IMG/VR virus record: IMGVR_UViG_3300035138_000032 | Span: 13,389-77,388 of that record | Length of the DNA: 64,000 nt | Source: a virus | Direction: 5' to 3' (one strand) | Part shown: positions 27,493 through 35,951 of the stretch, piece after piece | How the letters are laid out: each line of letters opens with the position of its first letter | How positions within the stretch are numbered: position 1 is the stretch's first letter | Program-made: the position numbers and the translations under genes | Notes under the pieces: generated by a model | The model's input: only the letters and a program-made list of their open reading frames with translations | Database searches by the model: none | What the model was told of the DNA's origin: nothing

Positions 27493-30400
27493 ATGGAACT
27501 CAAAGAAATGCAGGAATTATTTAAAGCCACTGCTGAGATTGGCCCCGCTGGTGAGGCCGCTTTTAAGGCATTTGCTGCTGCTATCACAACTCCTATCCTT
27601 CAGAAATTAGAGCTGGATTCGATTATGCGAGGAATGTTTGCTACTGAACGGTTGGCACCGGGTAAATTTTTGTGCCCCGCGTAGTTGGGAGACTACGTAG
27701 TAAACCTAACTATATGCTGGAAACTCCTAAAGCTGTTCTTTACTGATAACGTAATAAAAAGGAAGATAAAATGGATAATCATGCAGATAACTTTATTATT
27801 AGTACTAATTATATAGCTGGTTTAGTGGATAGTGATTTTGGTGTTTATATAAGTAGATTTTATCCTAGAGGTAAATTACGATTAAGTCCGTGTATACAAT
27901 TCGTTAATACTAATTTTGGTTTGATTGAGTTGTGTCACAAATACTTAGATGATAATGATATAAACCATCATATAAGATTCAGGAAGGCTACAGTAGGTAA
28001 GGATAAAAAAGAGCTCACTATAAATAGACTTATTAAATGTATAGAGTTCGCGGACTTGGTGGTAGGTTGTAGTGTTGTTAGAAAACCTCAATTAGAAATA
28101 ATTAGGGAATTCTGTGTTGACAGACTACATTATGTTTATGAATGTGGCTGGAAACAAAATAATACACCTTACACTGATTACCAGAAGAAATTATATGATG
28201 AGTTGTTAAATTTGAATCTTAACTATAATTATGATAATGGTAATAGAAATTACACTGCCTCTTGGTTGGCCGGTATGATAGACGGTGATGGTTCGGTATG
28301 TTTTGTTGTTACTGAAAACAAAAAAAGTGAGTATGAATTAGTCAATGGGGATATTAGAGAATATTATCATACGCGTGTTATACCAACTATAGATATAACT
28401 ACTGGATCTGATACTAATCGGAATAACATAATCACTATTTTTGATAATTTGGATATTAAGTATTCTATTAGAACTACTAAGTCTAAGGCCAAGAAAAGAT
28501 TAGGTAAAAATAAAAAGAAATACTATTACAATCTATACATTAGGTCTTATGATGATATAGAAAAGTTCTTGTTGTATGTTAAGGATAAATTATATGCCAA
28601 ACGTAGACAAGCTATACTGATGTTAGAGTACTTAGAATTAAAAAAGAATAACAAATTCAATACTGACGAAGTTTTCGATATAGTAAATAAAGTAAAGTTT
28701 TTAAACAATAATCCTAATAATAAAGACATCTCAGAGACTACACGTTAGGTACCTTTATAGGTAATAATATAGTCCGAACTGTATGGAGACATACAGAGGT
28801 TATCTCGCGATAGCCCGCCTGAAATAAAAAAAATTCCAGGTCAAAAAGTAACAGAATGGCTCAAGCCGTTTATCCCGTAAATTGTTGCGTTTCGTAATAG
28901 TAATATTACGTCAAAATCCCCTTAATTGCTGGAAAGCCCTAAAGCTTTTTATACTGATATAGTAATAATTAAAAAGATATATGGGTAATCAGCAGCGTGT
29001 AAAAAGCGTTCAACGACCAGGCTTTTATAGCCGTAGGCTTCAAGTGAAGCCGAAATTGGGGAAACCCTTAGAAGGGTTTTGATATGGTCTCATCTTTATG
29101 GAAACATAAAGCAGTTTCTTTGTGAAACGACATGTATTTAACGAATACATGTGAAGATATTGAGCAGAAGACTTCGAGATTCCCGTGTGGGTGTTACCGG
29201 GACTCGGTTATATGGCTCAGAATTTCATTGAAGGTATAGGTGAAGAGGTTTACGTGCCTACGTTTAATATTAACGCGTCGGCACAGTGGAAGATTACTTA
29301 TGCTCGTGATTCTCGTATTGATATTGCACAGCGTTCGGCCGCTAAGGTGGCCAAGGAATTGGCAGATTATGAGGAAGAGTAAACACACATGCTCCTTTAT
29401 ATAGTGATATATAAAGCAAACTATGAATATGCTGGAAACTCTCGTTAGGTCATAGGTACTAGTCAATGTACAGTAAAAACCCTATGAATAGAGACAATCA
29501 GCAGAAATGGAGAACTTATGATTATAGAAAGAGATATCTTAAAAAATACATTTAAAGGGAATATATTTGAAACAGCTGTAGAGTTGAGAGTATCTATACA
29601 AACTGTTATGGCATCGCTTAAAAAACACGATATGACATTTATTAAACCAAAACATATATATGGAGAATTAAAAAGAACTGATTTTTCTGATTTTCAAAAA
29701 AGTCTTTTGATAGGTAGTGTATTAGGCGATGGTCATATAGAGAAAAGATCACATTTAAAAAATGCATTATTTAGAGAAGAGCACTCCACGGATCAAGTTG
29801 AATGGTTAAAATGGAAATATAATAATTTAAAGCCGTTTACCACTTCAAATATGTGGAATAGAGATAGAGGAAAAAAGATGTGGATGCCTGATGGTAGGAG
29901 TAATAAAAAATTATATAATATTCAGAAAGTGTATTCTATGTCTACCGGTGTTCATCCTTATTTAACTGAATTACACAAACTTTTTTACAAAAATAAAACC
30001 AAAATTCTGCCTAAAGAGTTTTTAATAAGTAATTTTAATATGGTTTCGTTAGCGGTCTTGATAGGTGATGACGGTAATTTTTGTGAAAATAGTCTTCGTT
30101 TTTGTACTGATAATTTTAGTAAGGAAGAGGTATATTTTTTAGCAGATCTTTTTTCTAATTTTTATAACAGTAGAATTACTGTAAGACAGCAAGACAATAA
30201 ATATAGGATAGTTTTTACTTATATTAAGCAGGATTTAAAGTTTTTTGATGGTATTAAGAATATATTACCTAAATGTATGCATCATAAAGTAACTCCAGTT
30301 CTCAACGAACACCAAGTAGCTACTCATTGAGTAGAAGGTATGTTCTGAACTCCATGGAGACATGGAGAGGTTAAAAGAAATTTTAGCCCGCCTGAAAATA

Positions 30401-31090
30401 AATAATTTCAGGTCATAAAAGTAACAGAGTGGTGGTTGGAGAGTTATTATGCCAGCTTGTACATCGTCTTTTTCTGGTAAAGGTCTGTTAGGGTCCAGGC
30501 CTGCTCCGATTTATGAAATCAACCCAGCTTCTACAGGAGCTGGATACCTTTCTAAGGAACTCATCAATAAAATGATGGTTGGTTTCAAGAGAGTAGGACG
30601 CCAGTTGACTGATTTGTATATATCTCCTGAAGATGCGGCTGACATTCGTGAATGGACGGATACGGATATTGACCCCATTACACGGCGAGAAGTTTTCCAG
30701 GCGGCCGGAATGGGAGTTATTTGGAATGTGACAATGCATGAAGTTCAGCATCTTGGCGCCACTGGTCTTTATAACATAAATGGTTACGGATCTGAGTATG
30801 GTAAGTTTATTGCTGCTAGTGGAAATACTTACAATCAGTATACTCTTGATAATCCTAATTTGACCAATGCTGATGGTACCATTAATACGCTGGGCGAGAC
30901 CCAGATTATAGGTTTTGACTCTACTGTCAATGATTCTCTTGTTATGCCTATTCGAAAGGAATATGAAGCATACGATGATCCTACTCTGCTTCGTTCTCAA
31001 CAGCAAGGGTTTTTTGGATGGGCAGAGCTTGGATTCGCCTGTCTTGATCCGAGAATGCTAGGTATTGGAGTTATTGATAGAAGTCTGTAA
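27493..31090 (+). CDS. major capsid protein, join(27493..27663,28859..28878,29163..29380,30432..31090), 355 aa
   Basis: Exons splice in frame (171+20+218+659=1068 nt): ...RLAPG|AQAVYPV|AEDFEIPVW...ADYEEE|CGWRVIMPA...; every exon before an intron ends in U and every intron ends in G. Confidence 0.88.
27664..28858 (+). mobile_element. group I intron 1 of MCP (1195 nt, carries HEG)
   Basis: P1 GGGU/GCCC; P element AUGCUGGAAAC; P7 GAGACUA/UAGUCC; terminal G. Confidence 0.88.
27771..28748 (+). CDS. intron-encoded LAGLIDADG homing endonuclease (two motifs)
   Basis: YIAGLVDSD and WLAGMIDGDG; ends SETTR, overlapping P7. Confidence 0.9.
   Translation: MDNHADNFIISTNYIAGLVDSDFGVYISRFYPRGKLRLSPCIQFVNTNFGLIELCHKYLDDNDINHHIRFRKATVGKDKKELTINRLIKCIEFADLVVGCSVVRKPQLEIIREFCVDRLHYVYECGWKQNNTPYTDYQKKLYDELLNLNLNYNYDNGNRNYTASWLAGMIDGDGSVCFVVTENKKSEYELVNGDIREYYHTRVIPTIDITTGSDTNRNNIITIFDNLDIKYSIRTTKSKAKKRLGKNKKKYYYNLYIRSYDDIEKFLLYVKDKLYAKRRQAILMLEYLELKKNNKFNTDEVFDIVNKVKFLNNNPNNKDISETTR
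28879..29162 (+). ncRNA. group I intron 2 of MCP (284 nt, no ORF)
   Basis: P1 CGU|AA..UUGCG; UUGCUGGAAA, AAUCAGCAG; P7 ACGACCA/UGGUCU; terminal G at 29162. Confidence 0.88.
29381..30431 (+). mobile_element. group I intron 3 of MCP (1051 nt, carries HEG)
   Basis: P1 GAGU/GCUC; AUGCUGGAAAC, AAUCAGCAG; P7 ACGAACA/UGUUCU; 3' domain similar to intron 1. Confidence 0.88.
29518..30330 (+). CDS. intron-encoded LAGLIDADG homing endonuclease (I-SceI-like, LAGLIDADG_2 type)
   Basis: LIGSVLGDGHI, LAVLIGDDGN, TDNFSKEEV. Confidence 0.88.
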   Translation: MIIERDILKNTFKGNIFETAVELRVSIQTVMASLKKHDMTFIKPKHIYGELKRTDFSDFQKSLLIGSVLGDGHIEKRSHLKNALFREEHSTDQVEWLKWKYNNLKPFTTSNMWNRDRGKKMWMPDGRSNKKLYNIQKVYSMSTGVHPYLTELHKLFYKNKTKILPKEFLISNFNMVSLAVLIGDDGNFCENSLRFCTDNFSKEEVYFLADLFSNFYNSRITVRQQDNKYRIVFTYIKQDLKFFDGIKNILPKCMHHKVTPVLNEHQVATH

Positions 31091-31101
31091 TTTTTGCTAT
31101 A

Positions 31102-31151
31102 AAACAATACTTTATATACCCTCTAAACTTATGGTGTATAAAGTATTGTTT
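31102..31151 (+). terminator. 19-bp stem hairpin after MCP (terminator or processing site)
   Basis: AAACAATACTTTATATACC / GGTGTATAAAGTATTGTTT. Confidence 0.6.
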
Positions 31152-31164
31152 AACTATTCTATTT

Positions 31165-32670
31165 ATGTACAAAGATAAGAAATGTCAATATAAACAGTGT
31201 GATAATATTTTTACTCCTACTACAGGGAGTCAAAAGTATTGTTCATCCTGTGCTATTAAATCTAAACAGGAAAAGGACAGGCTAAGGTGGCGAGATCGTA
31301 ACAGAGAGCTTAATTGTTATAAAGAATATACAAGGTTATGTAAAATATGCGGTAAAGAGTTTAAAACATTTTATAAAAAGAAAATTTATTGTGGCTCAGA
31401 GAAGTGTGAAGCAGAACGTATTAGATTGAAAAATAAAAATTATCATGAAAAAAGAGATCATGATTATATGATAGGGAAAGGTAGAAGTTATTATAGAAAA
31501 AATAAAGCTTCTATTTTATTAAAGAAAGCCGCAGTATATAGAAAAAATAATAAAAATGTAAAGAGATATAAAAATAAAATACACATTCATAATATTGATT
31601 ATATACGAAACTATGTTGAAGAGCGCGGTTACCAATTACTTTCAAAAGAATATTTAAATAGTAAAAGTAAAATTAAATTAAAGTGTCCTAATGGGCATAC
31701 TTGGAAAACAACTTTTCATAATTTTAGAGATGCTAATAGCAGGGGAGAGATCATTACTGGGGCTAGATGTATTACATGTTATTTGAACAATAATTATACG
31801 TCCAAACCTGAACAGAAAATTCGTGATTTTTTTAAGGAACATCACCCCAATATAAAATGTCTATATAATGATAGAACTGTAATAGGACCAAAAGAATTAG
31901 ATTTGTATTTTCCTTCTAATAAAGTTGCTGTTGAGGTTTGCGGTTTATACTGGCATTCCGAAAATCTTGGTAATACTGATAGAAATTATCATTATGAAAA
32001 GATGGTAGCTTGTTTTAATAATGGAGTGAGACTAATAACGGTTTTTGAAGACGAGATCTATAATAAGTTTGATATTGTAATTTCTAGGATCTGCCAGGCA
32101 TTGGGAATTATTAAACATAAGGTCTTTGCAAGAAATTGCGACGTTAGAGAGATTTCTGCTAATGAAGCTAATGGGTTTTTTGAAAAGAATCATTTACAAG
32201 GAAAGTCAAATAGTGTAAAGGCTTGGGGACTGTTTAATAATAACAAGTTAATTGCAGCATGTGGTGTAGGTAATTTATTAAGAAAACGTATATCAAATAA
32301 AAATGTATTAGAGTTGAAAAGATTCTGTTCTTTGATAAATTATACTGTTGTAGGTGGAGCAAACAAACTATTTAAGCACGTAGTTATGTATGCAAAGAAA
32401 TTAGGATATGATGAGATAAGGTCCTACTGTGATATGAGGTATGCTAATATTTTTAATGTGGTATATGATATATTAGGTTTTAAATTACTGACTTTAACTA
32501 AATATACACCACATCATTTTAAATCCGGTATAAGATATAGGAATTTCTCTTTGAGAAAGATTGCTGTAGAACGTGAGTCAGGTAAAACTGAATTTGAATT
32601 GAGAAAAGCTCAAGGTTATGATAGGATTTGGGATTGCGGCCACAGAACTTATGTTTATAGAATTATCTAA
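31165..32670 (+). CDS. Hef-like endonuclease + Mom-like GNAT domain (paralog 2)
   Basis: Cys-rich N-terminus, CPNGH repeat, ELDLYFPSNKVAVEVCGLYWHS, ELKRFCS, IWDCG. Confidence 0.75.
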   Translation: MYKDKKCQYKQCDNIFTPTTGSQKYCSSCAIKSKQEKDRLRWRDRNRELNCYKEYTRLCKICGKEFKTFYKKKIYCGSEKCEAERIRLKNKNYHEKRDHDYMIGKGRSYYRKNKASILLKKAAVYRKNNKNVKRYKNKIHIHNIDYIRNYVEERGYQLLSKEYLNSKSKIKLKCPNGHTWKTTFHNFRDANSRGEIITGARCITCYLNNNYTSKPEQKIRDFFKEHHPNIKCLYNDRTVIGPKELDLYFPSNKVAVEVCGLYWHSENLGNTDRNYHYEKMVACFNNGVRLITVFEDEIYNKFDIVISRICQALGIIKHKVFARNCDVREISANEANGFFEKNHLQGKSNSVKAWGLFNNNKLIAACGVGNLLRKRISNKNVLELKRFCSLINYTVVGGANKLFKHVVMYAKKLGYDEIRSYCDMRYANIFNVVYDILGFKLLTLTKYTPHHFKSGIRYRNFSLRKIAVERESGKTEFELRKAQGYDRIWDCGHRTYVYRII

Positions 32671-32686
32671 CCGCTTATTGTATAGA
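32668..32686 (+). promoter_or_regulatory. putative late promoter TAACC-N10-TAGA
   Basis: TAACC GCTTATTGTA TAGA, overlapping the stop of the upstream gene. Confidence 0.6.
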
Positions 32687-32694
32687 AGGCGTTT

Positions 32695-33009
32695 ATGAAT
32701 TCATTTTTAGAAATCATATGTTTGGTTATATTTATAGAGGCTGTTACTAATATAATAAGTAAATCTGAGTTATTTAGTCCGTTCAGGGCTTTTTTATTAA
32801 GAAACAGTAAAAACAAATTTATAGAGTTTGCACATTCTATAATAGAATGTCCTTATTGTTTGTCAGTATGGATGGGTTTGTTCTCTATGAATATGTTTTA
32901 TTTTTACAGACATAATCTATTACATGATGTTTTTATTTGGTTTATGTTTGCTATTATTTTACATAGACTATCTAATATACTTCATTATCTTATAGATAAA
33001 TTACAATAA
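32695..33009 (+). CDS. DUF1360-like membrane protein
   Basis: LF.P.R...CPYCLSVW motif with TM helices. Confidence 0.6.
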   Translation: MNSFLEIICLVIFIEAVTNIISKSELFSPFRAFLLRNSKNKFIEFAHSIIECPYCLSVWMGLFSMNMFYFYRHNLLHDVFIWFMFAIILHRLSNILHYLIDKLQ

Positions 33010-33058
33010 AAGAAAAGGTCAAGGTTACATTAATTTTTGTTATAAAGGAGAAGAGATT

Positions 33059-33541
33059 ATGAATGGTTATGTTAAGAATATGACACACCTCTGGGCACAC
33101 ACTATGAAAAGAACAATTGGCCCAGGATCCACTGTTCCCTTGAACGAGTTATATGAACAGTATGGTGAAAAGCATGGTTTAGAAGATGGGGAAGAATTTA
33201 TTAATTGGCTTAGAAATGTAAAACTCAGAGATAGTAGTAAATGGCAGATATTTAAAGAAGACGACACAGTTTATGAAGAGGAAGTTAATATATCCATAAA
33301 TAAGCCTAATACTGAAAAATTTAAAGAATATGTTCCGCCGGTAGTTTCTACTACAGATATGAGCGTTGAAGGACTTGTGGAACTTTCAGTAAGGAAGGCC
33401 CGTGAAATAGTACCTAAAATAAGCGACGTACAGTTGTTAAAGTATGCTGAAAATATTGCCAAACAACGAGCAAATAAGGATAGTTTAAGGCTTATCTTAC
33501 TGCGTCGTATAAAAGAGCTATCTCACAGTACTATGAGATAA
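33059..33541 (+). CDS. hypothetical protein
   Basis: AAAGGAG RBS. Confidence 0.7.
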   Translation: MNGYVKNMTHLWAHTMKRTIGPGSTVPLNELYEQYGEKHGLEDGEEFINWLRNVKLRDSSKWQIFKEDDTVYEEEVNISINKPNTEKFKEYVPPVVSTTDMSVEGLVELSVRKAREIVPKISDVQLLKYAENIAKQRANKDSLRLILLRRIKELSHSTMR

Positions 33542-33579
33542 ACCTCTTCGACTAAAATATAATCTTGGAGGATGAGTCG

Positions 33580-34881
33580 ATGGCTAGAAGTTTACTTAGG
33601 CAATTAGAACAAATAAGAAATACTGGTACATACGATGATGGGGTTGTGTCAGTTAATACGTCTGCAATAGCTGAACCCACCACTTCTGGTACATTGGAAG
33701 GTGATATAAATGTTTTAAGAACGCTCTTGAAGCAGGTAAAGGGTAATACTAACTGGTATGATGACCCTGGAATGTACTTCGATCCCACTAATACAGACGC
33801 TGTTAATACAGTAACCAAACAAATGAGTTTAGCTAATATTAAAGGCAACACTCTAGATTCAAAAACTGTAATTATTGCTGTTAGTGATACTAATAGTAAT
33901 AGTGGTTATACCGTATCCGGGACTTCTACAGGTGTTTTAATATCGCCTACAACAGCTACCTACGCTCTGCCTACTGATCGTAGAGGCCTACCTATTTTCA
34001 ATAGCGTTACTAATTCAGGTACTTATTATGATGAAGGTGGTTTAGATAATGTATGTAGGGTAGATATAATTAATACAGCTACGGATGGAGAAATCCAGGA
34101 TACTTCCGGCTATACAATCTATGGTAAACTTCACGATGGTGCTGATTTTAGTGGTTCAGGCGCCGGCAGCGATGTTTACATTAGATTCTATGCTAATGGT
34201 AGTACGTGCGATCTTTCTAATGCTGTTGGTTATCCCACAAACATTTCCTTTGTTTATCCTTATAGGCGTAGAATGTCGGATGTAGCTGAATATGAATGGC
34301 TTAGGACTGATTTTGTGAGTTCATGGGAAGGTGATATTGTACTAATTGAGGATATTAGTAACTTATGGAGTTACACCGGAGCCTCGGATGGAGATGATAA
34401 TCCCCAACCGTGGGATAATACTACAGCAAGTTATATTCTTCAAAGCAATCCTAGTGATTTGACATCAGCCATTAATGACTTGAATGATGGTGTTGGTTCT
34501 AGACTTTATTCTGAAGAAAATTATATTACTGATGGCTCTACAATTACAGCTGCTCTGGAGGCCCTCGACGTTGCCTTGCAGGACGTAGCTGATTCAGTTA
34601 TAGCGTCTTCTGGCGACAAATATGTAGAGACCGCAGCTGTTAATATTAGTAAAAATGTAGAACACCCATTACCGTATTCAATAACATACACACCTAGTTC
34701 CACCGCAGGCCGTGAAGGAGCTAATATGGATGTTTATTTAGATGGTCAGTTGTTGGCCGCAGACACCGGTGTTAATGGTGTTAATGCTGATAGAGATTAT
34801 GCCGAGACCACTGCATCCGGTATAACTTTTAGATTTAATGTACATGCTGATAGAAATATTACATATGTAGTAAGGCAATAA
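33580..34881 (+). CDS. virion structural (fibre/adaptor) protein
   Basis: D/T/S/G-rich; C-terminal VYLDGQLL..DY..ITF domain; GGAGG RBS. Confidence 0.7.
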   Translation: MARSLLRQLEQIRNTGTYDDGVVSVNTSAIAEPTTSGTLEGDINVLRTLLKQVKGNTNWYDDPGMYFDPTNTDAVNTVTKQMSLANIKGNTLDSKTVIIAVSDTNSNSGYTVSGTSTGVLISPTTATYALPTDRRGLPIFNSVTNSGTYYDEGGLDNVCRVDIINTATDGEIQDTSGYTIYGKLHDGADFSGSGAGSDVYIRFYANGSTCDLSNAVGYPTNISFVYPYRRRMSDVAEYEWLRTDFVSSWEGDIVLIEDISNLWSYTGASDGDDNPQPWDNTTASYILQSNPSDLTSAINDLNDGVGSRLYSEENYITDGSTITAALEALDVALQDVADSVIASSGDKYVETAAVNISKNVEHPLPYSITYTPSSTAGREGANMDVYLDGQLLAADTGVNGVNADRDYAETTASGITFRFNVHADRNITYVVRQ

Positions 34882-34903
34882 TAATTAAAGGCGTGGAGGA
34901 ATA

Positions 34904-35263
34904 ATGTTACAGGACAGGGCAGAACGAAATAAATTAAGGCAAGTGATAAACACCGCTGAAGACAAAGGTGTTTTGGGTAAAGATGAGGTAGGGTTTGTAA
35001 TAACATTGTTAGACCGTTTCAGACAGGATATAGATGTTAAAGTCAAACAGGTTCATATGATCCAAGGTGAAATAAATCAACTTAGATTAAATGAAAAGAC
35101 TATTATAAACCTTATAGAAAATATGGTGGCTTCTGCTGAAAGAGATCTCGCGCGACAGGAAACAGCTAAAAAGCTAAGGGAAGTAAGAGATAATAAAGAC
35201 GAGAGTCTTTCGACCGCCGCCGCAATAGGTAATGACAAAAAAGATGTAGATATTGAAAAATAA
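34904..35263 (+). CDS. coiled-coil protein (possible fibre chaperone)
   Basis: Charged helical protein following a fibre gene. Confidence 0.6.
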   Translation: MLQDRAERNKLRQVINTAEDKGVLGKDEVGFVITLLDRFRQDIDVKVKQVHMIQGEINQLRLNEKTIINLIENMVASAERDLARQETAKKLREVRDNKDESLSTAAAIGNDKKDVDIEK

Positions 35264-35370
35264 ATTAAAGGGTGTGTAAAATGGCCGATATTTGAAGTGG
35301 TTTACCTTATCGATTATTAAGATTGATGTAAACTTTTCATGTATTGGCCATTTTATTTTAATGTATTAAT

Positions 35371-35919
35371 ATGATAACGCTAAGAAGGCCGGGTTCTAGA
35401 ATAACTTATGTTGGTAGTTCTTGTATAGAATTTGCTGATGAACTTATAGGCGTTAAGGATAATAATAATAAGATATTTTACACGGATAAAAGATATGTTC
35501 CGGGGAAAATAGACCTTATTTATAATGGTCAGGTTTTAACTAATAATGATTTTATAGAGTCTGGTGATTACGAAGTAACCTTTAAGTATATAGCCCCACA
35601 CCCAGAAGATTTAGTAGGCGCAATATATGAGATCGCTACAACTTCGGGGTTTGTTTATGAACATAATCACGATGATTTATACTATAGGAAGACAGGTTAT
35701 AAGGTAAACCAACCTGTAAGCGGTACTATAGATGATAATAACACGGTGTTTACATTGCATCATACACCGATTAACGATACGGTTCAGGTGTACTTAAATG
35801 GTTTGTTACAAGAACCAGGTAGTGGTAAGGATTATGTAATTTCAGGTAGAAACATAAATTTTGATTTACCTCCCGAGATTGATGATATTATACTTACGAG
35901 TTATATGATTGATGTATAG
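35371..35919 (+). CDS. virion protein with two VYLNG-type beta domains
   Basis: LIYNGQVL..DF and VQVYLNGLLQ..G.DY domains; HNHDDLYY. Confidence 0.65.
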   Translation: MITLRRPGSRITYVGSSCIEFADELIGVKDNNNKIFYTDKRYVPGKIDLIYNGQVLTNNDFIESGDYEVTFKYIAPHPEDLVGAIYEIATTSGFVYEHNHDDLYYRKTGYKVNQPVSGTIDDNNTVFTLHHTPINDTVQVYLNGLLQEPGSGKDYVISGRNINFDLPPEIDDIILTSYMIDV

Positions 35920-35951
35920 TTTTAAAATAATATAAGGAGAAGTTAAAACCT

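Noticed and set aside
27478-31090. Three separate small genes, or a pseudogenised capsid gene
   Set aside because: The fragments join exactly in frame at canonical group I splice sites.
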